The notes below the pieces were generated by a model. That model was not told the DNA's origin, ran no database searches, and worked only from the letters and a program-made list of their open reading frames with translations. The translations under genes and the position numbers were made by a program. Source: an uncultured Gammaproteobacteria bacterium (GTDB lineage Bacteria > Patescibacteriota > Patescibacteriia > JAHIZJ01). From it: a DNA stretch of 64,000 nucleotides. This document shows, piece by piece, positions 9,697-18,209 of this stretch (position 1 is its first letter; each line of letters opens with the position of its first letter). Location: positions 37,360 to 101,359 of the forward strand of contig CAZQLY010000003.1 in assembly GCA_964594455.1 (NCBI GenBank). Reading direction: 5' to 3'.

Positions 9697-9737
9697 AAAA
9701 AAAGAGCCGGCGGTTCCACTAATGGAACACGCCGGCT
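9697..9737 (-). terminator. rho-independent terminator for the minus-strand gene ending at 9769
   Basis: A 13-bp GC-rich hairpin (AGCCGGCGGTTCC-ACTAAT-GGAACaCGCCGGCT) is followed on the minus strand by a T-run (complement of AAAAAAAG at 9697-9704). Confidence 0.6.
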
Positions 9738-9768
9738 TTGGGGTGGCGGGAGCGACCGCTTGGACAGG

Positions 9769-10383
9769 CTAGCCTTCGGGGTAGCCCTGGAAGACGACCT
9801 GCGACTCGAGCAGCCGAGTCTCAAACGTCTCAGTGTCAACTTCGACGACGTACTCGACAATCCCGGCCAAGCCGAGACGGTGAGTGATGCTGGGATCCAG
9901 CACAGCCGTCTCGCTGCAGGGCGAATGGCTACTGACCAGGACATCGAGTCCGGTCTCGTCGTACTGGGAAGCCAGGATGCAGACCCACTTGAAAAGGCAC
10001 TCGCGGAAGCGAGCGGACATCTGCCGCGTCGGCGGATGGACAGCGAACCAGAGACCCATGGTCTCAGGAGTGCCGGCGGCCACGATAGCCTGGATGCGCT
10101 TGAGAGCTTCAATCATCGGAGCGTCCGGATTCTCAGCGTAGAGATAGCCGAACCCCGGATCCTTCCTGGTCGTGAGGCTCTTGAGGCCCAGGGCCTGCAG
10201 AGCAGTGCGGTTGGTCTGGAATGCCCGGTACATGTCCGAACAAAGACCGAGTACGAACTCAATACCAGCGAAATAGCGGCGTGAGGATTCAGCGACTTGC
10301 TTCTCGCCCCTGGGCGTCAACTCGTCACCATCCTTCTCGCCATGCCGCTGCACCTTGAAACGAACAACCATTTTCTTCCCCAT
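9769..10383 (-). CDS. histidine phosphatase superfamily (phosphoglycerate mutase-like) protein
   Basis: The N-terminus VVRFKVQRHGEKDGDELTPRGEKQ carries the RHG catalytic motif. The gene sits in a GC-rich island. Confidence 0.5.
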   Translation of the reverse strand: MGKKMVVRFKVQRHGEKDGDELTPRGEKQVAESSRRYFAGIEFVLGLCSDMYRAFQTNRTALQALGLKSLTTRKDPGFGYLYAENPDAPMIEALKRIQAIVAAGTPETMGLWFAVHPPTRQMSARFRECLFKWVCILASQYDETGLDVLVSSHSPCSETAVLDPSITHRLGLAGIVEYVVEVDTETFETRLLESQVVFQGYPEG

Positions 10384-10464
10384 CAGAAATCCCCTCCTGT
10401 TTCGGTCCTAGGTTATAGCCCAAGGGCGGTTAACTTCTCCCTTGTTTTCTCAAAAGAACCGTGT

Positions 10465-10493
10465 ATATTAGCACAGTTTTGGGGCGTTGTCAA
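10465..10493 (-). promoter_or_regulatory. sigma70-type promoter (TTGACA-N17-TAATAT) on the minus strand
   Basis: The minus strand reads TTGACAacgccccaaaactgtgcTAATAT, which is a perfect -35, a 17-nt spacer and a near-consensus -10. It lies upstream of the histidine-phosphatase gene. Confidence 0.55.
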
Positions 10494-10504
10494 GGGGTAA
10501 ATAA

Positions 10505-10535
10505 AAAGACGAGATTGGCTTATCTCGTCAAAAAT
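10505..10535 (-). terminator. rho-independent terminator for the gene 10540..11052
   Basis: A perfect 8-bp stem GACGAGAT-TGGCTT-ATCTCGTC is followed on the minus strand by TTTTTATTT. Confidence 0.55.
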
Positions 10536-10539
10536 GGGC

Positions 10540-11052
10540 TTATGAATCCGGTTTTTCTTCGCCCCAACTGCGCGACCCGGAGCCACCGATTAGGCCGATA
10601 TACCAGGTATCGCTGTTGAAACCCAACTGGAGATCAGCTTCGGGTAGCGGGATTCGGGGCAGGAAACTGGGTAGGGTGTTGTTTAGCACCCGGAAAAGGC
10701 TGTACTGTATCCCGAAATCCAGTTCCGTACCAGACTCGTTCATGAATCTGAGACCCAGCCCTCCAAATACACTGAGCGACTTCATGACTGGTACGTAGCC
10801 GTAGCCACCGATCAGACCCTCGGTTTCGTCTGCCCAGGATCCAACCGAGACAAAAGGCCCGATCTGAGCCCGTGAAACGTTGAGTAAGTAGTGCAGCTGA
10901 CCCATAAGCAGCATGGCATCACTACCCTCTTCGTTCTCGGTAATTCCGACGTAGGCCCTGGCACCAAAGTTCTCCGGCGCCTTGGACCAAACCGAAGACG
11001 GAACAGCCAGCCAGATTGCTAGCACCACACCAATAACAAGCATCCTTTTCAT
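10540..11052 (-). CDS. secreted beta-rich protein resembling an outer-membrane beta-barrel (OMP_b-brl/OmpW-like) domain
   Basis: A signal peptide (MKRMLVIGVVLAIWLAVPSSVWS) is followed by alternating hydrophobic and Gly/Tyr-rich beta-strand-like segments. The gene is GC-rich relative to its flanks. Confidence 0.35.
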   Translation of the reverse strand: MKRMLVIGVVLAIWLAVPSSVWSKAPENFGARAYVGITENEEGSDAMLLMGQLHYLLNVSRAQIGPFVSVGSWADETEGLIGGYGYVPVMKSLSVFGGLGLRFMNESGTELDFGIQYSLFRVLNNTLPSFLPRIPLPEADLQLGFNSDTWYIGLIGGSGSRSWGEEKPDS

Positions 11053-11144
11053 AGCCTGGAAACCTCCCTGCGGATGTGAATGGTTAAAGAACAGCTGATA
11101 ATCGTATCATATGATATCTTAAAGCGCAAAAGACTATTAGATTG

Positions 11145-11174
11145 TTGTAAAACCAGGCCTCAATATGATATAAT
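11145..11174 (+). promoter_or_regulatory. promoter with an extended -10 (TGaTATAAT) upstream of secD
   Basis: TTGTAA at 11145-11150, an 18-nt spacer and TG-n-TATAAT at 11166-11174. The start codon lies only ~9 nt downstream and there is no Shine-Dalgarno sequence, so the mRNA may be leaderless or nearly so. Confidence 0.4.
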
Positions 11175-11182
11175 GCCTTGGT

Positions 11183-12850
11183 ATGACCCCACGTAAAAAG
11201 GTTTGGATAACGTTTATTTTTATAGTGATTCTGGCTGGATTAGCCGGGATTGTTGACTATCCCAAAGGACCGGACATAAAGATTAATGATTATTCCAAAG
11301 AATTAAAGGTTCATTTGGGGCTTGATTTGCAGGGTGGGTCCCATTTGGTTTATGAGGCTGATGTCTCAAATATTCCTGAAGCTGACCGTTCTTCATCGTT
11401 GGATGGAGTACGTGATGTAATCGAAAGGCGGGTCAATGCTTTTGGAGTATCGGAACCAGTGGTTCAAACAAACAAAGTAGGAGATAGCTGGCGGGTAATA
11501 GTGGAGTTGGCCGGCGTTTTTGATATAAACGAAGCAATCAAGCAAATTGGTGAGACGCCGCTTTTGGAATTCCGAGAGCAGGCCGAACCTGAGCCTTATA
11601 CCGAAGAGCAATTAGCTGCCATTCGTGCTTTGAACGAAGAAGCCAAGAATAAAGCTCAAGGAATACTTGAGCAAGCATTGCAGCCTGATGCTGATTTTGC
11701 CGCCTTAGCCCAGGAGAATTCAGAAGATACCGGTAGCGCCGAAAACGGCGGTGACTTAGACTTCTTTCCCCGAGGAGTAATGATAACAGAATTTGAAAAT
11801 GTCGTGTTTGATGAGATGCAAGTGGGCGAAGTATATCCGGAATTAGTCCAGACAGATTTTGGATATCATATTATTAAAAAAACAGACGAACGTGAAACAG
11901 GCGAAGGTGATGGCAAGTTGTTGGAAGCCCGGGCGAGCCACATATTAATCCGAACTCAGTCTGAAGAACCTACGGCCTCCACGCAGTTTGTGAATACTGA
12001 TTTGTCAGGCAAGCAGTTAACGCGAGCCGATGTCCAATTTGATCCCAATACTGGAGCTCCAGAAGTAACCCTGAAATTTGATGATGAGGGCAAGAATTTG
12101 TTTGCTGAAATTACCAAGAAAAATGTTGGAAAAATAGTAGCCATTTATCTTGACGGTACGCCTATCAGTCAGCCGGTGGTTCAGGATGAAATAACGTCTG
12201 GTGAAGCAGTTATTTCAGGATCCTTTACCTTGGAAGAGGCTAAAACCCTTGCCCAGCGTTTGAACTCCGGTGCCCTACCAGTACCCATTACCTTAATAAA
12301 CCAGCAGAATGTCGGTGCATCATTGGGTAAAGTTTCCGTAGAGAAGAGTTTATTTGCGGGCTTAATCGGGTTATTCTTTGTGGCTATATTTATGATCGTT
12401 TATTATCGTTTGCCTGGTATTTTGTCGGTTGTTGCCTTGGCAATGTATGCCTTGGTAGTATTAGCAATTTTCAAAATTTGGCCGATTACTTTAACCCTGG
12501 CGGGCGTGGCAGGATTTATCTTGTCAGTGGGAATGGCAGTTGATGCTAACGTCCTTATTTTTGAAAGGATCAAAGAGGAATTAGCCCTGGGCAAGCCTCT
12601 GGGCAGCGCTATTGAAGAAGGGTTTAAACGGGCTTGGCTTTCGATTCGCGATTCCAATGTTTCCAGTTTGATAACTTGCTTTATTCTGATGTGGTTCGGT
12701 AGCAGCTTGATCAAGGGCTTTGCTGTTACTTTAGGCCTCGGTATTATCGTCAGTATGTTTTCAGCAATTACTATAACCCGAACTTTCCTGAGGCTGATAG
12801 CCAGTGAATGGCTAGCTAAGCATTTAGGCTGGATGGGAGTAAAAAGATAA
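11183..12850 (+). CDS. secD: protein translocase subunit SecD with an embedded PpiC-type (parvulin) peptidyl-prolyl isomerase domain
   Basis: The N-terminal TM helix plus LDLQGGSHLVYEAD, and the C-terminal 6-TM region, are SecD-like. Residues ~150-240 (..ALAQENSEDTGSAENGGDLDFFPRGVMITEFENVVFDEMQVGEVYPELVQTDFGYHIIKK..) match the parvulin rotamase signature. Confidence 0.75.
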   Translation: MTPRKKVWITFIFIVILAGLAGIVDYPKGPDIKINDYSKELKVHLGLDLQGGSHLVYEADVSNIPEADRSSSLDGVRDVIERRVNAFGVSEPVVQTNKVGDSWRVIVELAGVFDINEAIKQIGETPLLEFREQAEPEPYTEEQLAAIRALNEEAKNKAQGILEQALQPDADFAALAQENSEDTGSAENGGDLDFFPRGVMITEFENVVFDEMQVGEVYPELVQTDFGYHIIKKTDERETGEGDGKLLEARASHILIRTQSEEPTASTQFVNTDLSGKQLTRADVQFDPNTGAPEVTLKFDDEGKNLFAEITKKNVGKIVAIYLDGTPISQPVVQDEITSGEAVISGSFTLEEAKTLAQRLNSGALPVPITLINQQNVGASLGKVSVEKSLFAGLIGLFFVAIFMIVYYRLPGILSVVALAMYALVVLAIFKIWPITLTLAGVAGFILSVGMAVDANVLIFERIKEELALGKPLGSAIEEGFKRAWLSIRDSNVSSLITCFILMWFGSSLIKGFAVTLGLGIIVSMFSAITITRTFLRLIASEWLAKHLGWMGVKR

Positions 12851-13743
12851 TGTATAGAATAATCCAAAGAAGAAATATCTGGTTTATCCTGTCGGCCCTG
12901 GTCGTCATCCCGAGCATTGTGTTTATTATTATGGGTGGATTGAAGTTAAATATTGATTTTACTGGTGGCACTCTTTGGAAAATTAAATTTACCGAGGAAC
13001 GTCCTGTCATCCAAGATTTAGAAGGGGAATTAGAACAATACGATCTGGGAGATTTGACGGTTCAGACAACAAACGACATGGGTATGGTGATTAGGTTGAA
13101 ACCTATTGATAACGAATTAAGGCAAAATATTCTCAGCGGTCTGGATGAAACTTATTCAGGCGTTGAAGAGGAAAGCTTTGAGTCAATCGGGCCAACTATT
13201 GGCGAAGAGCTTAAACGTAAGGCCCTGGTGGCGATTATCCTAGTTTTAATTTTCATCATCTTATATATCACTTGGGCATTTAGAAAGATATCAAAATCTT
13301 CAGCTATTCCCAGCTGGATGATGGGGCTCTCAGCTATTATTGCTTTAGCCCATGATATAATCATCGTTGTAGGAGTTTTCGCTTTCCTGGGTTTTACCCA
13401 GGATGTTGAAATCGGCGCGCTGTTTGTAACCGCCTTACTGACAATTTTAGGGTTTTCCGTACATGACACAATCGTTGTGTTTGATAGAGTAAGAGAAAAT
13501 ATTATCCAAGGCTCAGATAACGATTTTGAACAAACCATAAATCGTAGTGTCAATCAGACAATTATTCGATCGCTCAATACTTCGCTTACTACGCTGTTCG
13601 TATTGTTGGCGTTGTATCTGTTTGGTGGCGAGTCAATCAAGATGTTTGTTTTGGCGATGATATTTGGTATTATCACAGGAACATATTCATCGATATTTGT
13701 AGCCAGTCCGTTATTAGTCGTTTGGCGTAAATTGAAACAATAG
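12850..13743 (+). CDS. secF: protein translocase subunit SecF
   Basis: The start overlaps the secD stop. A 297-aa protein with the SecF TM pattern (..FTGGTLWKIKF.. then a 6-TM domain). Confidence 0.75.
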   Translation: MYRIIQRRNIWFILSALVVIPSIVFIIMGGLKLNIDFTGGTLWKIKFTEERPVIQDLEGELEQYDLGDLTVQTTNDMGMVIRLKPIDNELRQNILSGLDETYSGVEEESFESIGPTIGEELKRKALVAIILVLIFIILYITWAFRKISKSSAIPSWMMGLSAIIALAHDIIIVVGVFAFLGFTQDVEIGALFVTALLTILGFSVHDTIVVFDRVRENIIQGSDNDFEQTINRSVNQTIIRSLNTSLTTLFVLLALYLFGGESIKMFVLAMIFGIITGTYSSIFVASPLLVVWRKLKQ

Positions 13744-13795
13744 TAGGCGATTGAAAATTTGCCAAATGGGCTGTTTTTTTATTTAATAAAAAGGC

Positions 13796-13824
13796 TTGAC
13801 ACAAGCAGTTAGATATGCTATACT
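13796..13824 (+). promoter_or_regulatory. sigma70-type promoter (TTGACA-N17-TATACT)
   Basis: TTGACAcaagcagttagatatgcTATACT, upstream of the gene at 13872. Confidence 0.5.
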
Positions 13825-13871
13825 AAAGGCATACAATGGATTAGAATTGACGAGAGCTCGAATATATAGTA

Positions 13872-15071
13872 ATGTATTCGGTTCGGACGATTTCGGACGT
13901 TTTTATTAATTTAATGGATGAATCGATGGAGGAATCAATCCTCGACAAGGTAATTTCCAGTAAACAAAGCCAAGAACTTCGGGATTTTAATCCCCCCGAG
14001 GTTGTTGGATCTTTGCTAAAACAGCTGACAGATAAAGAGGAAGACATTTTGCGCCGACGCTACGGCCTAGATGGTAAATCTAAGCAAACCTTAGAGGAAA
14101 TAGGTAAGCATTATAATTTGACTCGTGAGCGAATCAGGCAGATAGAGAGCGGAGCTATCAAGCGAATCAAGAAACTCAAGAATTTCACTGAGTTAATTGA
14201 GCCGATTGAATATACGATAAAATCAGTGCTGGATCAAAACGGAGGGGCTTTGTCAAAAGAAAAGTTAATGGAATTACTATTTGAGTTTTCTAATGATACT
14301 CCGGCTAGTCGCCAATCAGTTGCTTTCATTATATCCAAGCTTTTGAATGATCAATTTACTAGCCAGTCGGGCACAGACCAATATCGGTCTGCCTGGATAC
14401 TGCCCTCAACATCGATGGAAAGCATTCAGACTATACTTCAGCACATTATTGATATTATACAAGAAAAGGGTCAGCCGACAACAGAAAAAGAATTAACCCA
14501 GCTCTATAAATCAAAGTATCAATCAGATACTGAGTCGATAGATGAGAGTGCGCTGATGGGCTATATAACTCTTTGCCAGAAGATCAGTCAAAATCCTTTT
14601 GGTGATTATGGTTTGACTGAGTGGGGTACAATAGTGCCGCGGCGAATGAATGACAAGATATATCTAGTGTTGAAAAAAGAAGGTAAGCCCATGCACTTTA
14701 CTAAAATTGCCGAACGGATAAATAAAATTCATTTTGATAACCGCAAAGCCTATCCGCCCACGGTTCACAATGAGCTAATACTTAACGACCGATATGTTTT
14801 AGTCGGCCGAGGAATCTATGCTCTGAAAGAGTGGGGATATAAATCAGGTGTGGTGGCGGATGTGATCATAGAGTTATTGAAAAAAAACGGGCGACCCCTG
14901 AGCCGAGATGAGATTGTAAAGGGCGTTCTGGATCAGAGGATAGTAAAGAAGAACACAATACATTTGGCCTTGACTGATCAAAATATATTTAAGAAGCAAT
15001 CAAACGGTAAATACGCTCTGGTAAATGATGGGCAATCAGATCAGCCCGAGACGGCAAAAACAAACATCTAA
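13872..15071 (+). CDS. sigma-70 region 4 (HTH) domain-containing protein with a ~300-aa C-terminal extension of unknown function
   Basis: Residues ~55-105 (KEEDILRRRYGLDGKSKQTLEEIGKHYNLTRERIRQIESGAIKRIKKL) match sigma70 region 4. No region 2 is present. The start could instead be the ATG at 13914. Confidence 0.5.
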   Translation: MYSVRTISDVFINLMDESMEESILDKVISSKQSQELRDFNPPEVVGSLLKQLTDKEEDILRRRYGLDGKSKQTLEEIGKHYNLTRERIRQIESGAIKRIKKLKNFTELIEPIEYTIKSVLDQNGGALSKEKLMELLFEFSNDTPASRQSVAFIISKLLNDQFTSQSGTDQYRSAWILPSTSMESIQTILQHIIDIIQEKGQPTTEKELTQLYKSKYQSDTESIDESALMGYITLCQKISQNPFGDYGLTEWGTIVPRRMNDKIYLVLKKEGKPMHFTKIAERINKIHFDNRKAYPPTVHNELILNDRYVLVGRGIYALKEWGYKSGVVADVIIELLKKNGRPLSRDEIVKGVLDQRIVKKNTIHLALTDQNIFKKQSNGKYALVNDGQSDQPETAKTNI

Positions 15072-15092
15072 ACAACAAATAAAAATTAGAAC

Positions 15093-16556
15093 ATGCCAAT
15101 TGTTATTGATATAACTGGACTTTCTGTCTCAGGGCCGTTTATGCCATTTATTCAACTTTGGCGTTTTTTTGTAGATGGAGGCTGGATAGTTGTTGTAGCT
15201 TCGTTTTTGCTTATACTTTGGGAGTACCGAATGCTGCGTTTGAAGAAAAGGTATATAGATTCTACTAAATTTATTTTGTTGGCTATTGATGTACCGCGTG
15301 AAGTAGAGCCAAACTTAAAAGCTATTGAGCATATTTATTCTCAGTTTGCGGGAATTTACAGTACCCCCAACTTTATTGAAAAGTATGTTAAAGGACAGGT
15401 ACAGTTATACATTAGCTTAGAGCTTGTTAGTATTGGTGGCTATATTCAATTTATTATACGTACCCCGGAAAAATATCGAGATTTAGTGGAGTCGGCTTTT
15501 TATGCTCAATATCCGGAAGCTGAAATAACAGAGGTCGAAGACTATACTAAAGATATACCGAATAAATTTCCAAATGATAAATACGAACTCCTAGGTTCTG
15601 GAATCTCGTTTAATAAACCAAACCCTTATCCAATAAAAACTTACGTGGCGTTTGAACACAGCCTGTCTCAGCAGTTAGCTGATCCGATGGCTGGACTTTT
15701 GGAGATATTAAGTAAGCTGAAACAGGGTGAGCAAATGTGGATTCAAATGGTTATCAGGCCAAAAGGCAAAGAAGAATGGGTGAACGAAGCCAAACAGATT
15801 GTAAATAAGATTATTGGAGAAAAGAAAGATGCCAAACCGATGTTTGGTGCTGTTGGGGCCATTACTAAAGGCACCTATGAGACAGTCACTGCTTCATTGT
15901 TTGAACCTGCGGCTGAAGAAAAAGCCCAGCCTAACCAGCCAAAAAATTGGATGATGCAGTTAACTCCGGGCGAAAAGGCAACTGTGGAAGCTATCCAGAT
16001 GAAGGTGGCAAAAAAAGCCTACGAAACAAAATTTCGCTATGTTTACGTGGCTGAGAAAGAACTAGTCAACAAAGGATTAGGTATCAATGCTTTTTTTGGG
16101 GCACTCAATCAATTTACAGCCATTGATTTAAACAGCTTCAGGCCTGACAGTCGAACGTTTACTAAAACTAACTATATCTTATTCAAGAAAATGCGCTTTA
16201 GTTTAAAACAGAGACAGTTGATCAAAAACTATAAAGATAGACAACCTGGCAAAGGGATAGTCCTAAACACTGAAGAGTTAGCGAGTGTATTTCATTTCCC
16301 AACCCTGACAGTTAAAGCTCCTCTGGTTAGGAAAATAGATAGTAAGAGAGGAGAACCGCCTACCAGCTTACCTATTGAAGGCGTCGATAATCCAATTAAG
16401 CCCGTAAATAGAGTACCCCAGATTGTTCCCGAGGCTCCGGCTAAACCATCTGTTCCGCCAGCTGGGACCAAACCTGCTTCACGTTCCGCTCAGCCTGAAA
16501 CAAAAGAACCTCCTACTATAAAAAAACAAGCCCCACCCAACTTACCTTTTGAATAA
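15093..16556 (+). CDS. membrane protein (N-terminal TM helices, Pro-rich C-terminal tail), possible partner of the downstream ATPase
   Basis: 487-aa protein with N-terminal hydrophobic helices and a C-terminal ..PEAPAKPSVPPAGTKPASRSAQPETKEPPTIKKQAPP.. tail. Its stop overlaps the next start by 8 nt. Confidence 0.45.
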   Translation: MPIVIDITGLSVSGPFMPFIQLWRFFVDGGWIVVVASFLLILWEYRMLRLKKRYIDSTKFILLAIDVPREVEPNLKAIEHIYSQFAGIYSTPNFIEKYVKGQVQLYISLELVSIGGYIQFIIRTPEKYRDLVESAFYAQYPEAEITEVEDYTKDIPNKFPNDKYELLGSGISFNKPNPYPIKTYVAFEHSLSQQLADPMAGLLEILSKLKQGEQMWIQMVIRPKGKEEWVNEAKQIVNKIIGEKKDAKPMFGAVGAITKGTYETVTASLFEPAAEEKAQPNQPKNWMMQLTPGEKATVEAIQMKVAKKAYETKFRYVYVAEKELVNKGLGINAFFGALNQFTAIDLNSFRPDSRTFTKTNYILFKKMRFSLKQRQLIKNYKDRQPGKGIVLNTEELASVFHFPTLTVKAPLVRKIDSKRGEPPTSLPIEGVDNPIKPVNRVPQIVPEAPAKPSVPPAGTKPASRSAQPETKEPPTIKKQAPPNLPFE

Positions 16557-18201
16557 TATGCCAGACAAAGACAAAAAAGACGACATAACTATATTTGCTG
16601 AAACAAATTTCCGCAATCAGCAAAGACGTTTTGGTATCAAGCTGGATGATCGTCGGAGACACATGTATGTAATTGGTAAAACCGGTATGGGTAAGACAAC
16701 TTTGCTGGAAAATATGATCATTGATGATATCCGCGCCGGACACGGTTTGGCCGTGGTTGATCCTCACGGTGATCTAGTTGAGGAAATAGTTGATTATATT
16801 CCGTCATGGCGTATTAATGACGTAGTGTATTTTAATCCGTCTGACATTGATCACCCGATTGCATTTAACGTGCTAGAAGCGGTAAATCCGATGCACCGCC
16901 ATTTGGTAGCCTCTGGCTTAGTTGGGGTGTTTAAAAAGATATGGGCTGATTCCTGGGGCCCTAGATTGGAATATGTTTTGCGCAATACCGTACTCTCTTT
17001 GCTAGAATATCCAGGTTCTACCCTATTAGGCATTACCCGTCTTTTAGTAGATAATTCTTATAGAAAAAAGGTTGTAGATAAATTAAATGATCCGATTCTA
17101 AAAGCATTTTGGTTGGGTGAATACGCGGCCTATAGCAACCAGTTTAGAACTGAAGCTATTTCACCTATTCAGAATAAAGTAGGGCAGTTTTTGTCCAGTT
17201 CTGTTATTAGAAATATAGTGGGTCAGACAAAGAGCTCAATCGACATGAGAGAGGTCATGGATTCGGGTAAAATATTGTTACTAAATCTATCAAAAGGTCG
17301 AATCGGTGAGGATAATTCAGCGCTCCTAGGGGCCATGATGATCACTAAACTGCAGCTAGCCGCTATGAGTCGGGTGGATATTCCAGAAAATCAGAGAAAA
17401 GACTTCTTTCTTTACGTAGACGAGTTTCAAAATTTTGCGACAGAAAGTTTTGCCAACATTTTATCTGAAGCCAGAAAATATCGCCTTAGCCTGATCGTTG
17501 CTCATCAATATATTGAACAGCTGGATGAGACAGTTCGAGCGGCGGTATTTGGAAACGTTGGCACTATAGCTAGTTTCAGGGTAGGCGCAGCTGACGCTGA
17601 GTTCCTGGAAAAAGAATTTGAGCCAGTCTTTATGCAAAACGATATAGTAAACCTGACAAAGTTTGAAATGTATATGAAGCTTATGATAGATGGGGTGGCT
17701 TCTGAACCGTTTTCCGCTAAAGGTTTGATGCCTCTTACTTCAGGGAAAGCTGAGGGTAACAGAGAGAAAATTATTGACGTATCTCGGGAGAGATATGCTA
17801 CTCCCAGAGAGGTTGTTGAAGACAAAATATCCCGATGGAGCAGCGTAGAGGAGGCAGCCAAAAAAGAAGCTCAGGGCGGCGGCAACAATTTTAATGGTTT
17901 TCAAAGGCGAGATAATAACAATAGAGGAAGATCAAACAATAAAAGAAGAAACGATCGGCGGGGGCCCAAGGTTAATTTACAGTCGGTTCTAACGGATGAA
18001 AAGTCCCAGGTTGTTAAGGAAACGCCTGAAGCACCGGCCGAGATTAGTTTAAAAGAAGCTTTATCACGTGAGCCGGAAGAATTTAGCAGAAAACATCGCA
18101 AACAAAAAAATTTCAATTCACGCAGAGATAATCATAATAATAGATCTGGTAATAACTCATCACGCCACCATATTGATCCGAGCCAAGTGGTTAAGCTATA
18201 A
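16549..18201 (+). CDS. TraD/VirD4-like (type IV coupling protein / DUF87-type) P-loop ATPase with an Arg/Asn-rich basic C-terminal tail
   Basis: Walker A reads GKTGMGKTT, a DPHGD motif follows, Walker B reads FFLYVDEFQNF, and a conserved IVAHQYIEQL follows. No N-terminal TM domain is present. The tail reads GGGNNFNGFQRRDNNNRGRSNNKRRNDRRG... Confidence 0.5.
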   Translation: MNNMPDKDKKDDITIFAETNFRNQQRRFGIKLDDRRRHMYVIGKTGMGKTTLLENMIIDDIRAGHGLAVVDPHGDLVEEIVDYIPSWRINDVVYFNPSDIDHPIAFNVLEAVNPMHRHLVASGLVGVFKKIWADSWGPRLEYVLRNTVLSLLEYPGSTLLGITRLLVDNSYRKKVVDKLNDPILKAFWLGEYAAYSNQFRTEAISPIQNKVGQFLSSSVIRNIVGQTKSSIDMREVMDSGKILLLNLSKGRIGEDNSALLGAMMITKLQLAAMSRVDIPENQRKDFFLYVDEFQNFATESFANILSEARKYRLSLIVAHQYIEQLDETVRAAVFGNVGTIASFRVGAADAEFLEKEFEPVFMQNDIVNLTKFEMYMKLMIDGVASEPFSAKGLMPLTSGKAEGNREKIIDVSRERYATPREVVEDKISRWSSVEEAAKKEAQGGGNNFNGFQRRDNNNRGRSNNKRRNDRRGPKVNLQSVLTDEKSQVVKETPEAPAEISLKEALSREPEEFSRKHRKQKNFNSRRDNHNNRSGNNSSRHHIDPSQVVKL

Positions 18202-18209
18202 ATAGACCC

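Noticed and set aside
9627-10284. Overlapping ORFs 9682-10284 (+), 9884-10141 (+) and 9627-10112 (-) in the GC-rich island
   Set aside because: They overlap the well-supported histidine-phosphatase gene on the opposite strand. Long spurious ORFs are expected in GC-rich DNA, and none has a recognisable motif or a ribosome-binding site.
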